Shown: piece after piece, positions 57,406 through 57,499 of the stretch
Layout of the letters: each line of letters opens with the position of its first letter
Numbering within the stretch: the first letter of the stretch is position 1
Assembly: GCA_030646555.1 (NCBI GenBank)
Contig: JAUSKP010000010.1
Coordinates: forward strand, 1 to 57,499
Source: a bacterium
GTDB lineage: Bacteria; Patescibacteriota; Minisyncoccia; UBA6257; 02-FULL-45-10c
Length of the DNA stretch: 57,499 bases
Direction of reading: 5' to 3'
The notes under the pieces: generated by a model
The model's database searches: none
What the model saw: only the letters and a program-made list of their open reading frames with translations
What the model was told of the DNA's origin: nothing
Translations under genes and position numbers: made by a program

Positions 57406-57499
57406 CCGCCTTCGCATCCTGCCGTCGTTTCCTCCTTCGCCAATGCTATGGCGGACGAAGAAAACTATGGCGGGCGAGGAAAGCTATGGCGGACGAAGT
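57406..57499. repeat. GC-rich family H repeats (CCTTCGC / CTATGGCGG[AG]CGA[AG]GAAA tandem units) running to the window edge
   Basis: ccgccttcgc...cctccttcgccaatgctatggcggacgaagaaaactatggcgggcgaggaaagctatggcggacgaagt. Confidence 0.75.

Noticed and set aside
1-57499. CRISPR array among the many repeats
   Set aside because: The repeats are palindromic or TIR-type, belong to many different families and are irregularly spaced (tens of bp to many kb). They are never arranged as repeat-spacer-repeat with constant period. No cas genes are present in the window.

Overview
AT-rich, gene-dense 57.5-kb bacterial chromosome segment read in the standard genetic code. The gene content suggests a CPR/Patescibacteria (Parcubacteria-like) genome, which is an inference: NifS/NifU as the only Fe-S machinery seen here, a sigma-region-4/HARE-HTH protein, short HrcA and EF-Ts, and type IV pilin-like genes. 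Most of the window is housekeeping. This includes secDF, iscSU, rlmN, a CIRCE-controlled hrcA-grpE-dnaK-(membrane gene)-dnaJ cluster, cysS, dnaB and recR. It also includes the dcw block mraZ-rsmH-ftsL-like-ftsI-murF, tgt, rplJ-rplL, rpsB-tsf, trmD, rpsP, pheST, gatCA and ligA. I find 10 tRNA genes. One of them, tRNA-Glu, is hidden under the annotated 5' end of the tgt ORF. No rRNA genes and no CRISPR array were found. The main unexplained signal is a very high load of miniature palindromic or TIR-bounded repeats, in at least eight sequence families. Several copies sit in-frame inside essential genes (iscS, ligA, pheT, pheS, tgt, cysS, rlmN, trmD) and inside prepilin leader peptides. This resembles the Rickettsia palindromic elements. 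One repeat family can be tied to small GIY-YIG nuclease ORFs that are themselves bounded by the same 13-14 bp inverted repeats, giving candidate autonomous and MITE-like partners. Other candidates are listed as separate findings. They are three tandem small-protein units sharing a near-identical promoter/operator/leader next to the heat-shock operon, and a G+C-richer gene for a tandem metallophosphoesterase protein near a stand-alone ClpB-D2-like AAA+ gene. There are also 3'-end duplications of tRNA-Lys, tRNA-Asp and rplL, T-arm minihelices carrying a 36-nt hairpin insert, and a small orphan-gene islet between tRNA loci. All functional calls rest on motif recognition by eye. No database search was run.
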